A stretch of DNA of 60,722 bases, the filler included, from Bipalium vagum (taxonomy: Eukaryota), in assembly GCA_037834085.1 (NCBI GenBank). It is 3 parts of 3 records of this genome, joined end to end, with 100 filler letters (N's around TTAATTAATTAA, not from the genome) between each part and the next. Parts side by side here need not be neighbours in the genome. Positions count along the whole stretch, not along the records: positions 1 to 17,453 come from JBBMKC010065008.1; 2 more parts are not named here. One strand, 5' to 3'. Position 1 is the stretch's first letter. Every line of letters begins with the position of its first letter. A program made the translations under genes and the position numbers. Under the pieces are notes generated by a model. The model saw only the letters and a list, made by a program, of their open reading frames with translations. It made no database searches and had not been told where the DNA came from. Of the stretch, positions 1-12,790 are shown piece after piece.

Positions 1-3000
1 TATATATGCAATAATAAATAACACATAGTTCTTGGTACATAGTTCATAGCATTTGTTTTATTGTATGTTCAATATTAGTTTTCTTATTAAAGAACGATAT
101 CAGTATTAATTTATTAGTTTTCCCATCAAATAGCTATTAATACCCGATTAAAAGCGTACGAAACTTGTAAGAGAAGGTTTCATGCAAGAAAGCATCCACA
201 GGACACCGATATGAAATTACAGATGTGGTGCTTAATCAAAGATCGTGGCTATGAAATAAAAGCACTGTGCAAGCCAAATGACTATGAAATGCAAAGAAAT
301 TTTGCAGAGTTAATTATAATATGACCCTTATTTCTGCTACAAATATAAACAAAAAATTGATAGTTTTATAAAAGATATATAGCAACTTAAAAGATGTGAG
401 ATAATTTGGTGAATTCAACATTACATTGTTGGCAATTTCATGTTTAATTTATGTTTGAAGAAAGTCAAAGGAAGCATATTATCGATACTGTATTTCCTAC
501 CATACATAATGGTAGATTTTGTCAACTGATTCACAAAATATTGCATAATAAAATAACTTCTGAATAAATAATCAATTATTTTAAATGATTAGGTTCTTCC
601 AGAAATCCAATCTGCCCCAAAAGGGTTATATCATCGTGCTAGACGAAATCTCTCTAATTCATAATGTCAGTGTTATGAAAGTTTGATTTAAAGAGTGAAA
701 ATAAAGTTCAACATTTTCTTTTGAAAATCACAATTATCAGATAGAATATCTAATTGAAAATGATATAAATTATGCAGAGGTTACATTGAAAATTGAATGT
801 TTCGAATTTTGAATTATTCCTCAATATAAAAATATAATATAATTATATTAATATATTAATATTCAGTTCAAAATATAAATTATATAAATTTCAGCTTAAT
901 TTTTAATAAAATTATAATAATACATTATAATTAAATAAAAATTAAAAATATTTTCTTGGATGACCCAAGAAATCTCTATATTGAATCTTTTTATTTAATA
1001 TTTCTTTTATGAAAAATTTTATCGATTTATAAATTTTTAATATTTACGTTTTACTAAAATCGTGTGTTAATTTTTTTGAAATTTCATTTTCCCAACATTA
1101 ATTAATTTTAGTGAATTAATAATTTAAATGTCTTGAAGATAATTAATGACAAATCAAAATCTTATCAGACTGTTTTAATAAATCAGAGAATTTAAATAAG
1201 AAATGTCAGATTTTAGAATTTGGGACAAAATATTTTTAATAAAAGAATAAATGAAGAGTGATAGTTTAATTTTAACGAACAGAAACAAAATTTTCTTAAA
1301 TTTTAACATATTTTTTTCAATATTTAACAAAAAATTTAATTCTTAAAATTTTCTTTGATTTCGTTATTAAATTATTATTTTTAAAAATAATTTTAAAAAT
1401 TGTTTGAATATTAATTTTAATAAGTCAGTAGTTAATATTCATTGGTTTAAAATATTGTTCAAACATGTGACCTTTTTGAATAAAATTTATATTATTATTA
1501 GTTTCTTATTTCCATTAAAAATAACCCTCAATTAATTAAATTTTCATCTTTAAAAGTGTAACCAATCTTATTTTCAACTCTAATTTTATTTCATTTTACA
1601 AAGTAAATATTGATCTGTTAAAACCTTTTAGGTTTTATTGAAATATTCTTTTACATGTTTTCCTCGAAAAATGTAAATTGTTTATTTATTCTAAATGCTT
1701 TGAAATGGTTTAATTTTTCATTTCAAAAAAGAACTTTTATTTAAAATTAAAATTAAATGGCCTCGTTGAGAAAATTTGGGTCTCTTGTTTCTTATTTTAA
1801 GGGACTATATATTTTTATGATTTTTTTCGTATTTTGAGATGATAATGTTAAAAATAAATCGTTTTACAAAATCCGGGGAATTATTTTAACCATTTAAACA
1901 ATAATTGTTTTGCTTGAAAATTATTTTTATATTTTCCTTGAAGAAAAATATATCTGAAATCAAAAAATTTTCAAATATTGCAAAATATTTTCGTTTATAA
2001 GTCGCTAAAAATTATTTAAGGTTTGAGATAGATAGGCACTTAACAAGGAAAACGAATTAGCAGGTTGTCTAACATAAACTTACTGATTTTGGTTGAATTA
2101 TTTCAAAGATTTTTTAGTCAACCAATTTTTATGATAACAACTGTTTTAATATTGAAAATTAAAGCGCCAATTTCGCCTTTTCATATAATTTTTAAAGTAA
2201 GCAGTTCAACTTAAAATTACACTTCATTTTTAGCATTTTCTAAAACATGATTGACCGTCAAATTGGAATACATTTTTTATGAATACAAACTTTATAATAT
2301 TGTATCAGAAGCAACTAAAAATATTATTTTCGCATTGGGTGACGGTTTTTTAATTATGAAACCTGATAATTATCAGAAAATTTTGTGTGCGCAACGATTG
2401 AGAAAGCATAAATTTTGAGATATTCAAATCAATATTTAAAGTACAATCAAATCACCAAATATTTTTAATATATATATTACATATAATATAATATATTATA
2501 TATAGAACTTTAAATCTATGAAAGTGAAAACACTGAATCGCATCGAAAAATAAAAGAATTTGTAAAAGTTTCGAGTAATAACTAATTACTTAGATAGCAA
2601 ACTTTACCAAAGCATATTTTTATCAAATTTTTTTACAAATAATAATGTATAATATCATTTAAGGACTAACCCTGTTAAGAAATTGAAAAGAATAAAATAA
2701 AGAAAGAGAGGTCTCTTTTAAGGTACAGATCCCTCATCAAAAATTTTGTTCTCCGTCCTACTTGACTTGAAAAAACAAAAAAGTTTGATGATTGATGATT
2801 GATTATTTCTATTATATGAAACACGTTCACCGGTTTCTACCTCTTATTTAATTTATTTAATAAACTAATTATTATTATTAATTTGTAATTGAATTATGGT
2901 CATAGGAGTTATGGATTTTTATTTTTTTTATTTATCAGATGATACCAGAAATTTTTCTCGAATTTCATTTTACATAATAATGTAAAATAAAACTTTTATA

Positions 3001-3995
3001 TTCACACATATTTTTACATGTACACTATGAAAAGAGATGTGAATATAGATTGTTATAAACTTTTGATTGTTTTTAGTAAATAAAGGTTTATATTTGGGGA
3101 GTATTCGCACAATACTTACAACATTATTTTTTATATAATCTAAAATATGTTATAATTACTATTATTATTTTAGTAATGTATTACAACAAAATAGTTTTTA
3201 TAAATTCGAAATAGGCACTTTATAGAAAAAGGTTAATTGAAAGAAAGAACTGGGTTCCTATGAAATTCAATAACTTATACCATAATAATAAGTAGTAATC
3301 TTATTTGGTTTTAATCAAATTGAATTATTTAAGTTTAAAAATCAATTATTTTAAGATTTTGATTATACACAGGGGTTATAATTCTGACATATTTTATGAC
3401 GAATCTTATTTAATGTGACTTTATTACGAAATAAAAATTTATTTCCTCAGTCGTTAAAATAGAGAGAGGAGAAAGTTTGAAAAAGGAATTAAATGATATT
3501 ATTTTATTTTTGTATTAAATCAAAGATAATTTATTACTATTTTTCATAAAGAAATCTATTTTATAAAATCAGTGTTAAAAATAAATAATTTATTTTAAAA
3601 TGACATTATACTGTATTTATATTTTGTTTAAATTTATTATTAAAATAACCTGAGTATTCAGAAATAAACCAATATAATGCATTTAATTTATCATTATTTC
3701 AATATTATAATAAAAGAAAGTCCAATCAATTTAATAATAAATAACAAAAATATTTATAAACAAATAAGATTTATATATAGATAATTTTGAAAACTGGAAA
3801 TATTTCTTGATGGAAAGATCAGCTGAGAAGTCTTAACATCTTTCATATATATATATATTTTTCCTTATTTGTAAAATGTCAATTTATTTATATATATATA
3901 TTTGACATCAGAAATTTTCTACATTTTTATGTATTATTATTTCATTAATATTAATATTAATAATAAAAATTATTATTATTATTTATTATTATTTA

Positions 3996-4028
<33 letters not shown>

Positions 4029-5459
4029 TATTATTATTATTAATTTTAAATTTTATGACAATCCGTATTCTAAAAGGCAGGTTAATGTTGATAAAGACTA
4101 ATTACTAAAAAAACAAAAAAAATTAATAAATTTTTAGATCCAAGATTGACAACAAAAATATGATCAATATATAAAATTATATTTCAAATAGTTTTTGACT
4201 CTACAAAACCTTTGGATCTTTGAATAAATGTCTGAATCATATTGTTATTAAACTTTTACTCTGCAACATTCTTTGAAGGTAGAATATGCAAATTAATCGA
4301 GCTTTTAATATATACTTGATCAAGTTCTATTCAAATAAGAATATCAATGTGGAAAGATGGTTGATAGAGTCCAGCTGGAATAAATTTGAAATTAAATTAT
4401 TACTTAAAAATAATTTTATCAGTAAAATATTTCTTCTCGATTTTTAATTAAGAACAGAAAAAAAGGAAAATATTCCCAATAATCAAAAATATTTAGATCT
4501 ATTTTTATTATTGTTTAATTTTTACACTTAATGTGTAGGAATTAGTTTCCAACATTTTTTAAAGACTAATGTATACAAAAAATTTTGTGTATTTGCCAAC
4601 GAAGATAATATTCAATCTTATGAAGCAGTTGTAAAATTATAAGGCTTCCACTTCTCATCTTAGAAAACTTTGAATTAGGGTTGGTGGAATATTAGCTTCC
4701 ATAGATATTCTTCGAACAGACGGTTTACCGACAGTATCATCCGATGTATCTTTAATAACCGTTTTAAGTTCACTGACCAAAGAAAGCATTTAATGAGGTA
4801 CATACAGTACATTGCCAGTTGTCTCAAATTTCCGAATAAGTTTGGTTACTGCTGAGCAGGTGCATGGGTTTTTGATTAATTTCTTTCCCTCTTGATTTTC
4901 CTAATTGCAGTTGTATGAGAAATTTAATTTATATAATAACATCAAATGATTTCAATTTTTAAATCGAGATTAATATGCAAATCTATCATATTTTTAATAA
5001 ATATATTATTCAAACAAAAATGTGCTTAATCAATTTAATATAAATTATTAAAATTGAAATAAAATTTAGTTTGCCAAAAATTTGATAGTTAAAACAACTT
5101 TGTCCTTGGTTTTGGAACAACCTGTATATAATATTGTAATTTACAAGCTTACGCCAAAAACGGGCTATCTGAAGTTACCTACAGGGAATGATTTTGTCGA
5201 TTAATACTAGTGATTACAGTGTAACTAAAAACATTCAAGCTAACTAATCCAAGAAATTCACTGCAAAACTCTTAAAGAAATTGCAATTGAGTATTGACAA
5301 ATCTACAGTTGGTAAAATTTTACTCGGAATTAGAATGAGACAAAAGCAAGGAAAAATGATTACCTTGTGTATTAAAGTTTTATTTGTTTAAATAAATTAA
5401 TAAAATAAAAATGCGGAACGTTTTTTTAAATGGAAAATATTATTATTCAGTAATTTTTT

Positions 5460-5720
5460 GAGATTTAGAAATGCACCTATCAAAAAACCATTTGCGATAC
5501 TTATACTTATTTCATTTTAAGAATGGTAAAAACGTTCAAATTAAAACCAATAAAATTTGAGAAGTTTATGAAAAAGGTGTTGTATCAACAGATACGGTTC
5601 AAATCTGGTTTCTAAGACTCAAAGGCTATAATTTCAATCTAGAAAATAATTCTTGATCTAAAGGCCAACCTAATTATGATCGTGATATTTTTCAGAAGAT
5701 CATAAATCAGATTTCAATAT
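5460..5720 (+). mobile_element. mariner transposase N-terminal remnant
   Basis: Reads HLRYLYLFHFKNGK...VYEKGVVSTDTVQIWFLRLKGYNFNLENNS*SKGQP, resembling the mariner HTH (TVQRWF.RF.SG.F.LED..RSGRP); contains stops. Confidence 0.65.
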
Positions 5721-5884
5721 GTTTAATTATTATTCATATAAAAAAAAATAGAAAATTCGTATACCCCTTAAAAAAATTATGAATGCTTTAATATATAAAG
5801 AAACAGAGATATCAATCTATTTGTTTCGAACTAATCGAGTCAAATTCATACTAAATTTAAAATTTATGGACAACAAATAAATAC

Positions 5885-6068
5885 CAAGAAAAGCTGTTGG
5901 AGAAATTCCTCCTTCTCTCAGAGCCACTATTATGGCGATCCCAGTTTGTAGGAAAGGAACACTGAAATCAATTTGTTCGCTTCTGTTAGGGGTTATCTTG
6001 AATGAAGTAACGGCCATATCTGCAGTATTATTTCGTAATACTTGTACAAGACCGTTCCACCCATTTGG
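5885..6068 (-). CDS. NMDA receptor GluN2-like subunit, internal exon (S1 to pre-M1)
   Basis: ttaag acceptor and G|gtattt donor; 184 nt, phase 0/1. PNGWNGLVQVLRNNTADMAVTSFKITPNRSEQIDFSVPFLQTGIAIIVALREGGISPTAFL; DFSVPF..TGI.I.VA.R.G.ISPTAFL is typical of invertebrate GluN2. The next exon was not recognised in 1-5884. Confidence 0.93.
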
Positions 6069-6280
6069 CTTAAAAAGTGTAATAATGATATTTTACTTTA
6101 ATTTTTGGACAATGATAAAAGTGAAAAAGTAATAAAAACTATAAGGAAGAAAACAATTTATTTAACTCTTTATAATCAAATGAAACTGATTATTATTTAA
6201 TAAGTAATTAACGAGATGTACTGTATTGATTTACAGTTCTTAAATAATTTCATTAATAAATTTATTATATAAATTTTTAC

Positions 6281-6523
6281 TGTCCATCCTCCCCATTTTC
6301 CATCTGGAACTTCAAACAAATCCACATCAAATTCTAAATCTTTCATAAGTTCTGAAAGCATATCCATTGTTAATCCTGAGCAACAAGCTGCGACATAAGG
6401 ATGATCTGATGTAAGGTTTACTTGGAACAAATTGTAACTGGTATTAAATTGACTATCTCGAGAAAATTGTCTGCTAAGATCTCTGGTCCAGCATTTAATA
6501 GAGTTTGCATCACAGATCCCTGC
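6281..6523 (-). CDS. NMDA receptor GluN2-like subunit, internal exon (S1, cysteine loop 1)
   Basis: ttag acceptor and ACA|gtaaaa donor; 243 nt, phase 0/0. AGICDANSIKCW...AACCSGLTMDMLSELMKDLEFDVDLFEVPDGKWGGWT contains the GluN2-type C..C..CC.G..D.L and DGKWG motifs. Confidence 0.92.
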
Positions 6524-7074
6524 CTAATGTAATTAACTAGAAATGTAATGTCCTTTATTTTCAGAAATCTGTTTAAATTATTTCCATATTAATTTTAATA
6601 TTCTCATTTTATTACAAATACCAGATGTTTCAATTAATGATCAGACTTGTAATATACTGATTACTAAAAATTAACATCAGCAGATTCAAATAATTTATAT
6701 ATAAATTATATCAGCTATAATTATGAAAAATATAAAATCTGATATAAATACTCGGTACGATACATAAAAAAATCAATGAGGAAAATTAAAATTAAATTTT
6801 TGAAATTCATCAGTTAGAAATTTACAATACATCAATAGAAAATTATTGGAGCTTGAGAGCTTTCCATAAGCTTTAGCCTCAATCTTTTTGGAATGGGCTG
6901 ATAGAAGAGTATAGAAATCAACATTTATGTGAAATTTAAGTAATAATAACAATATAACATCTAGAAATTTTCATGTTGTTTGATTGATTAACAAACAATC
7001 AATATTGATTGTATTGATTATATTTATAACATTAATTTGATAATTGATTGAAATTTACCAATTCATTTGCAGAA

Positions 7075-7250
7075 ATTATAATAAAAGTAGATAACATGCA
7101 TATTCGTCACTGCATGTTGTTTTTGTTTAATCAGAGCAAAACATTACCCAAAGCAACTCGTGTCGTTTGCAATACATAGCCGAAAGATCATGTCGTCAAT
7201 GGTTTTGAGGATTCAAAAGCCGTGATTTTGATTTTAACGATAAATAACTC
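7075..7250 (+). mobile_element. mariner transposase N-terminal remnant
   Basis: Reads MHIRHCMLFLFNQ...CRQWF*GFKSRDFDFNDK; decayed. Confidence 0.6.
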
Positions 7251-8295
7251 ATTGTTAATGTTAAGTTTCAACATCATAAATTCGGGATTTCCTTTCCAGA
7301 AGCCATATAAAGATTACAAGAAGAATTTGGAAATTTGGAATGCTGAGGTAGTTATCGAATCCTTCAAAACTTAAGGATATTTACTGAACTGGAACAATAC
7401 AAGTATATTAACATTAATAGATCTTCTCCAAAGCTTTACATTTCTATTGAAGTTGAAGATAATGTAATGAACTCAAAAAGCCTTTTCGAGTCTTTTTCTT
7501 TTATTGTTAATAAACTGATCATTTTTCCTTTTCAAGATATTTTTTGCCAGTTCTTACAGAGTTTTGGTTTTTCCAATTTTCTTTTTGGTGTTTTCTTAGA
7601 AATATGACTGTCTGAATTCTGTTCATTTCAGGAATCTTTTAAATTGAACAGATCTTGTACCTGCTGAAAATCATTCATAAGCAGCTAATTTCTCTTTCAT
7701 GTCAATCGTTTTCTCTGCAAAAGACATTTTTCTATATTTTTGGTATGTCATTTTAACAGATAAAGTCGCAACTTTTCAGATTCTCAAGATTGCCGCAGTT
7801 ATTTGGGATCGAATATATTATCTCTTTTGAAGTCTGTAAAGTTGCGCAAAGCATCTGGTGAAGAAACAAATAAATTAATATTGAACTTTATGAAGAAATT
7901 GTCTATAGCGAAAAAAGAGATCTAAAAATTTAGTTATTGGATAATGTTCATTAAAATTAAACTTTTTAATATGATACACATAATAAAAGATGAACCCTTT
8001 CTATTCCATAGATATATTAAAGTGTTAAAAAATTAAAAAATGTAAAACTTCTGGACATTAAATGAGAAACAATTAAGTTTGAAAGAATTTAGAACAAATG
8101 ACGATCATTCACCATCAAACAATGTAAACTTAAAATAATAGACCAATTAAGAAAAGGAAAATTCTTTTATTTTTTATCGACGGCATTAAAACTTTAATGT
8201 TGTAAAGTGAGAAGAGAGTATAAAAGAATAATTATGTAATTTAAGTGAAGAAAATGATTAAAATAAATGAAATTATTTGTCAAATTGGAAATTAC

Positions 8296-8469
8296 TTCAG
8301 ATTCCGTAAATCGTACAAATGGAACTTCTTGAATAGTCGTCACTTTCAAACGGAACTTATCTGGTCTCCCTCGAGGAGGCTTAATTTCATTTCCAGGCCA
8401 CGTAACACCATCAATTCGCAAATTAGATTTCTTCTTTCCCCATTTACTACTCATTGACCATGAACCAAC
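8296..8469 (-). CDS. NMDA receptor GluN2-like subunit, internal exon (end of amino-terminal domain / start of S1)
   Basis: tatag acceptor and GAA|gtaatt donor; 174 nt, phase 0/0. Encodes VGSWSMSSKWGKKKSNLRIDGVTWPGNEIKPPRGRPDKFRLKVTTIQEVPFVRFTESE; VG.W...WPG....PP.G.P...LKV.T..E.PFV is the NMDA-receptor ATD/S1 junction. Confidence 0.9.
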
Positions 8470-8614
8470 CTATATTTATAAAAAAATAATTTTAACTACA
8501 CCAATTAAAGAAAAAAATTTCCAAATTTCTACGTGATTATTTACTATTTTAATATTATTATTTTGAACACCTTTTCCAATTTATTAATTTTAAATTAAGA
8601 ACAATAATTTAAAT

Positions 8615-10627
8615 CAATGATGAGCAATCCGCAGCACACAGCTTACATTTTTGTAGTCCATTATACTATATAGCAGAAAATAAATTTATTAATTTCCAGG
8701 TAGTGTTATAAGTTGTTTTAATATTCAATAGTGAATTGTTGCTGGCGCATTTATTTAAAGTCTTGATTTTAAATTAGTTTTCATTAGAATATTTAAAATT
8801 TGTAAAAATTTATTGTTTATTGAATTGATTTAGTAACTAAATTTTATTGCTTCATTAATTTTTCATAACAGAAATGATTAAATTAGATTCCAATAAATGA
8901 AAAGTTGAAACCAATAAACTCGAGAGTTTAATGAAAATTGTACATGTGCAATGTGGATCAAATCTTATTCCTACAGAAATAAACTTTAGAAGTTGATGAA
9001 ATTTTCTACATAAAACATTTAAATATGCAAAATTATGTGTACGTTCTTTATATTAATTATGCTCGCTCCAAAACGCTTGCTTGTTTGACTAAGCATGTCC
9101 ATTCATAATGACCAAAAGCAGGACATCACCGGAAGTTAAAAAACATCATATGTAGTTTATCATTTTGTGTTCTCATCAGGCAATTTTAAACTATCTGAAT
9201 ACAAATCATCAAGGACCCACCAAAATTATTATAATCATGTTTTTTCCTAATCCATTTATTACAAGCTTTTATTTTAACCCACCGCATTTGATCAAGTATT
9301 TTATCTAACCCAAGTGGGTTGAAAACTTAACATGGTACGACATTTTCATAAAATTTAATTAATTTTTTTAAAATTTGAACACTTTCCAACTTTAATAAAT
9401 AAAAACCCAATTAAAACGAAAATATATGCATAGGAAATATATAATTTAAAAAACTTTACTTAGAGCTTTAAAAATTCTCTCGAAAAAAATTTAATAAACT
9501 TTCGTGTCTTTTTATCATTTGAATATAGAAATTGAAGAATTTTCTGAAAATTTTCAAAAGGAAATAATTGATTTACAATCGAACACAAATTAGCAATAAA
9601 TTTAAGAATGTTACTCTTGTGAAAGTGTATTGTTACTTTCCTGGTGATAAATTTCCACTACCAGCTAAACGCCCCATTCAAATGTTGTTTATTCTGTAAT
9701 GATCATATATGCGAACAATTTATGTTACTTGTGCTTTAAATCACTAGAGTTTTTCTGATAGATAATTTTTACAATTTTACTTTTTATTGATGAATTTGTG
9801 ATTATTTTTATTGATTTGTAAAGTTTATTTTCATTAGTAAGAGACAAAGAAACTACTGTATGATTCTTGCAAAAGTGAGGGTTACTTCACATTCCACAAG
9901 TCTGTAGAAATAATTACACGATGAATCTATTCTTAACCGGTTCTCAAGATTTCTGGCATTGTTTTATGCAAAGATATCAGGCTATGAGCCTTAACTCGTA
10001 CCAAAACTCAAGGAATCGAAAGGACTTAGAAAGCTGTAGAGGAACGAAATAAAGGTCACTGTGGAATAAATCGCAGCATCTTAGATTCGTACATGTGAGA
10101 TTATAATGGTGAATTGCTTAAAAAAGAAATGGTACTTTGTCTGATACAATGTTGAAAAAAATAGGGGAATTTGGTCGCCTGCTCGATAGTTTATTGTTAT
10201 TGTTAAACTAATTTTGAAATTTTCAGTGAATTAAATCACAAGGACTCAGTTGTTTCCAAAAATTAAAATAATGATTAATGACCATAGAATGCGCCTGGAC
10301 GATGGCAACCTGGAAGATTGTATTAGAATTGTAATTTTAAATATTCTTCCAAACACTCAAAAGCTGGCTGATAATAAACAAAGCCAAATTTCTCATGAAT
10401 TATTATTGCAAATAATAAAAAATAATTGTAGTTTATTAAATAAATTAATTGTACTGCCTGAACAAATTATATATTTCCATAATTATAAATAACATTAAAT
10501 TAAAATAAAATCAGTAATTACATTTATTAAGAATTACATTTTAATATGTAATTTTGTACTGGGGGCAATCTAGAAGTTTTAGGTTTCAAATCTTGACCCA
10601 TTGAAGTAAAATGGTTGCTCATGACTG
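8615..10627 (+). mobile_element. Internally deleted hAT (Buster/Charlie-type) DNA transposon
   Basis: Imperfect TIRs (CAATGATGAGCAATC versus reverse complement CAGTCATGAGCAACC). Identical 8-bp TSD ATTTAAAT at 8607-8614 and 10628-10635 (nnnTAnnn). C-terminal transposase remnants FQKEIIDLQS...DKFP...YICEQ and LF...RMRLDDGNLEDCIRI...KQSQISH. Confidence 0.88.
9721..10246. mobile_element. MITE-like insertion nested in the hAT transposase remnant
   Basis: Splits the CEQ|LF motif. Imperfect inverted ends (CTTGTGCTTTAAATCACTAG versus reverse complement CTTGTGATTTAATTCACTGA). Flanked by CAATT / CAGTT. Confidence 0.65.
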
Positions 10628-11599
10628 ATTTAAATCATAGTTGATTTGTTTAGGGAATTTTTTATGTTAATCAATATTATTTATTGATCTAACTTAAAAA
10701 TATTTCATGACAGTAAAGTCTGGGTTTAAATGATCACGGAGAAGGAAGGAAATTCAAATTTCTCATTGTATATTTTCATGAAGATCAAAGCTTGATAAGC
10801 TCATTAAATGCATTATGAATACAGTTTCCATTGGAGTTCACTGATTTAAACTTAATAAAATTGATAGACTAAAAAATAGGAATTTGTTTAAAAATATTTT
10901 TTTATTATTCCGTTAGTACTAAACTTAATTATATATTTCATATTTCTCTTAAAGGAAAATTGGTTTGTCAATAACCAAATGTTGTTTTAATTAATCTAAG
11001 AAAATAAATAATTTTTATTTTATTAACATCAAAGGTTCAATGGATACAAATAAGAAAATAATAATATTATTAAGAAGACATTGATAAAAGTCTAACTTTT
11101 CAAGTCATATATTGATCCAAGCATCAATACTGGATTAGAAATCTTCAGAGAGATTTTTTTATTTTTCTTAACAAGAAATGATTCAAGACGAAAGATTTTA
11201 TGGAATAATCTGGAATACTTAATATTGATTTTTATTGAAGTCTGTAAACCATTGTAAAGAAGATTCATGAAAGATAAGAATTTCAAGAATTCTTTAAAAA
11301 ATAGTAAAATTTATATTGTAATCCTATCAATATTCGTTTAAACGTTGAAGTAATTTTGAACAAATATCGTAATTATGAATTAAAAAACAAATTAATAATA
11401 TTTCTTCATGACTAATTGTATTAGTGCTATTGTATCTTATTCTCAGTAAAAAAGATCACAAATGTTATTTAACAAACTATTGAAAAAAATCAAAAATATT
11501 GAAAATGTTTTGATGAATCAAGGAATATTTGTTTATACAAATAACGGAAAGTTTGGATTTAAAATTTAAAATTTTCATATTTTTCATTCAGGTTCTCTA

Positions 11600-12790
11600 T
11601 ATATTTACATAGAGTATGTGTAGTTTAAAATATTTCAATAAATTTTAAAATAACCAATATAATAAGTAGTGTGAATGTCAAAAGGAAAGCAACCTGAACC
11701 GACGGAAAGTGGAATCAAAATATCATTGAAGGAAAATGGTGTTTTCAATTCTGAAATTGCTCAACATTTATATCGTAGTGAAGGAGTAATCCAAAACTTC
11801 ATCAAAAAGGTGAGAAATATGGTATTAAGAAAAAACCCAAATGTAACACGAAACTTTCATGCCTGACAAATGTCGTATTCGAGAAGAAGTCACAAAAGAT
11901 CACTTGAATTCCAAACAAATTGTTGATAAATTGAAACTTTCTATAACGAAAAAGCAAGTATCTAAGACTTTACGATCAACAAGTAATGTAAAATGGTGGG
12001 AAAAGCTTATTAATTTGCGTTTATCACCTATGAATATTGTGAACCGTATAAATATATATAAATATAAATATATATAAATATAAATATATATAAATATATA
12101 TAAATATAAATATATATAAATATAAATATATATAGACTATATAAATTTCAGGAAAAAATCATTGGAGGAAAGATATTATTTTTTCGATGACATGAAATTC
12201 AACTCGGATGATCCTGGTTTTAATAGGTGTTATTAGTATGATTTGTCAGACAACAATATCACTAAATAAAAGCGTGATTTTGTTGGAAGTAATCTAACTG
12301 CACTTCCTATATGTTCGATTTCCACTCTTAATGCCATCTTCAAATTATTCAAAACTATTGGAATATGTTTCGTTGATGAAAACGAACACAAATACATTTC
12401 ACCTTTCAACAAGGCAATGCATTGATACACGTTTCCAAAGAACTTTAAGTATAGTATTCACGCAAGGAAATACTTATCATGAATTAGCTTTCATGCAGTC
12501 CAGATTGTAATCCGATGGAAAATCTTCTGGGGATTTTGAGAGAAAAAGTATATGTCAATGGAAGGCAATTTGACTTTGTTAAAAACCGTTATGATGTGTT
12601 GGAAGGAAATCAGCTCCGAAGTTATGGAAAACTTCGTAACATCAAGACCTAACAGAATTTTTGAAGCTATCAAACGTCATGGAAAGCCAATGAAGTATTA
12701 AAATCTAAATAAGAAAACCGTAACGTTTGTAATTTCATATATTTTCTCTTTAAAGTAACTACTCGTATCAACGAAACTTCACACGTTGTG
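11600..12790 (+). mobile_element. Tc1/Tc3-like transposon remnant
   Basis: MSKGKQ...EIAQHLYRSEGVIQNFIK resembles the Tc3 HTH; WRKILFFDDMKFNSDDP resembles W..VVFSDEKKFNLDGPDG; C-terminal RIFEAIKRHGKPMKY. Frameshifted. Boundaries approximate. Confidence 0.8.
12047..12133. repeat. AT-only simple repeat (ATAAAT/ATAT units) inside the Tc3-like element
   Basis: Directly visible. Confidence 0.85.

Noticed and set aside
3902-4108. Tyr/Leu/Ile-rich ORFs (also 18933, 26133, 50362, 58802)
   Set aside because: These are translations of (TTA)n or AT-rich low-complexity DNA.
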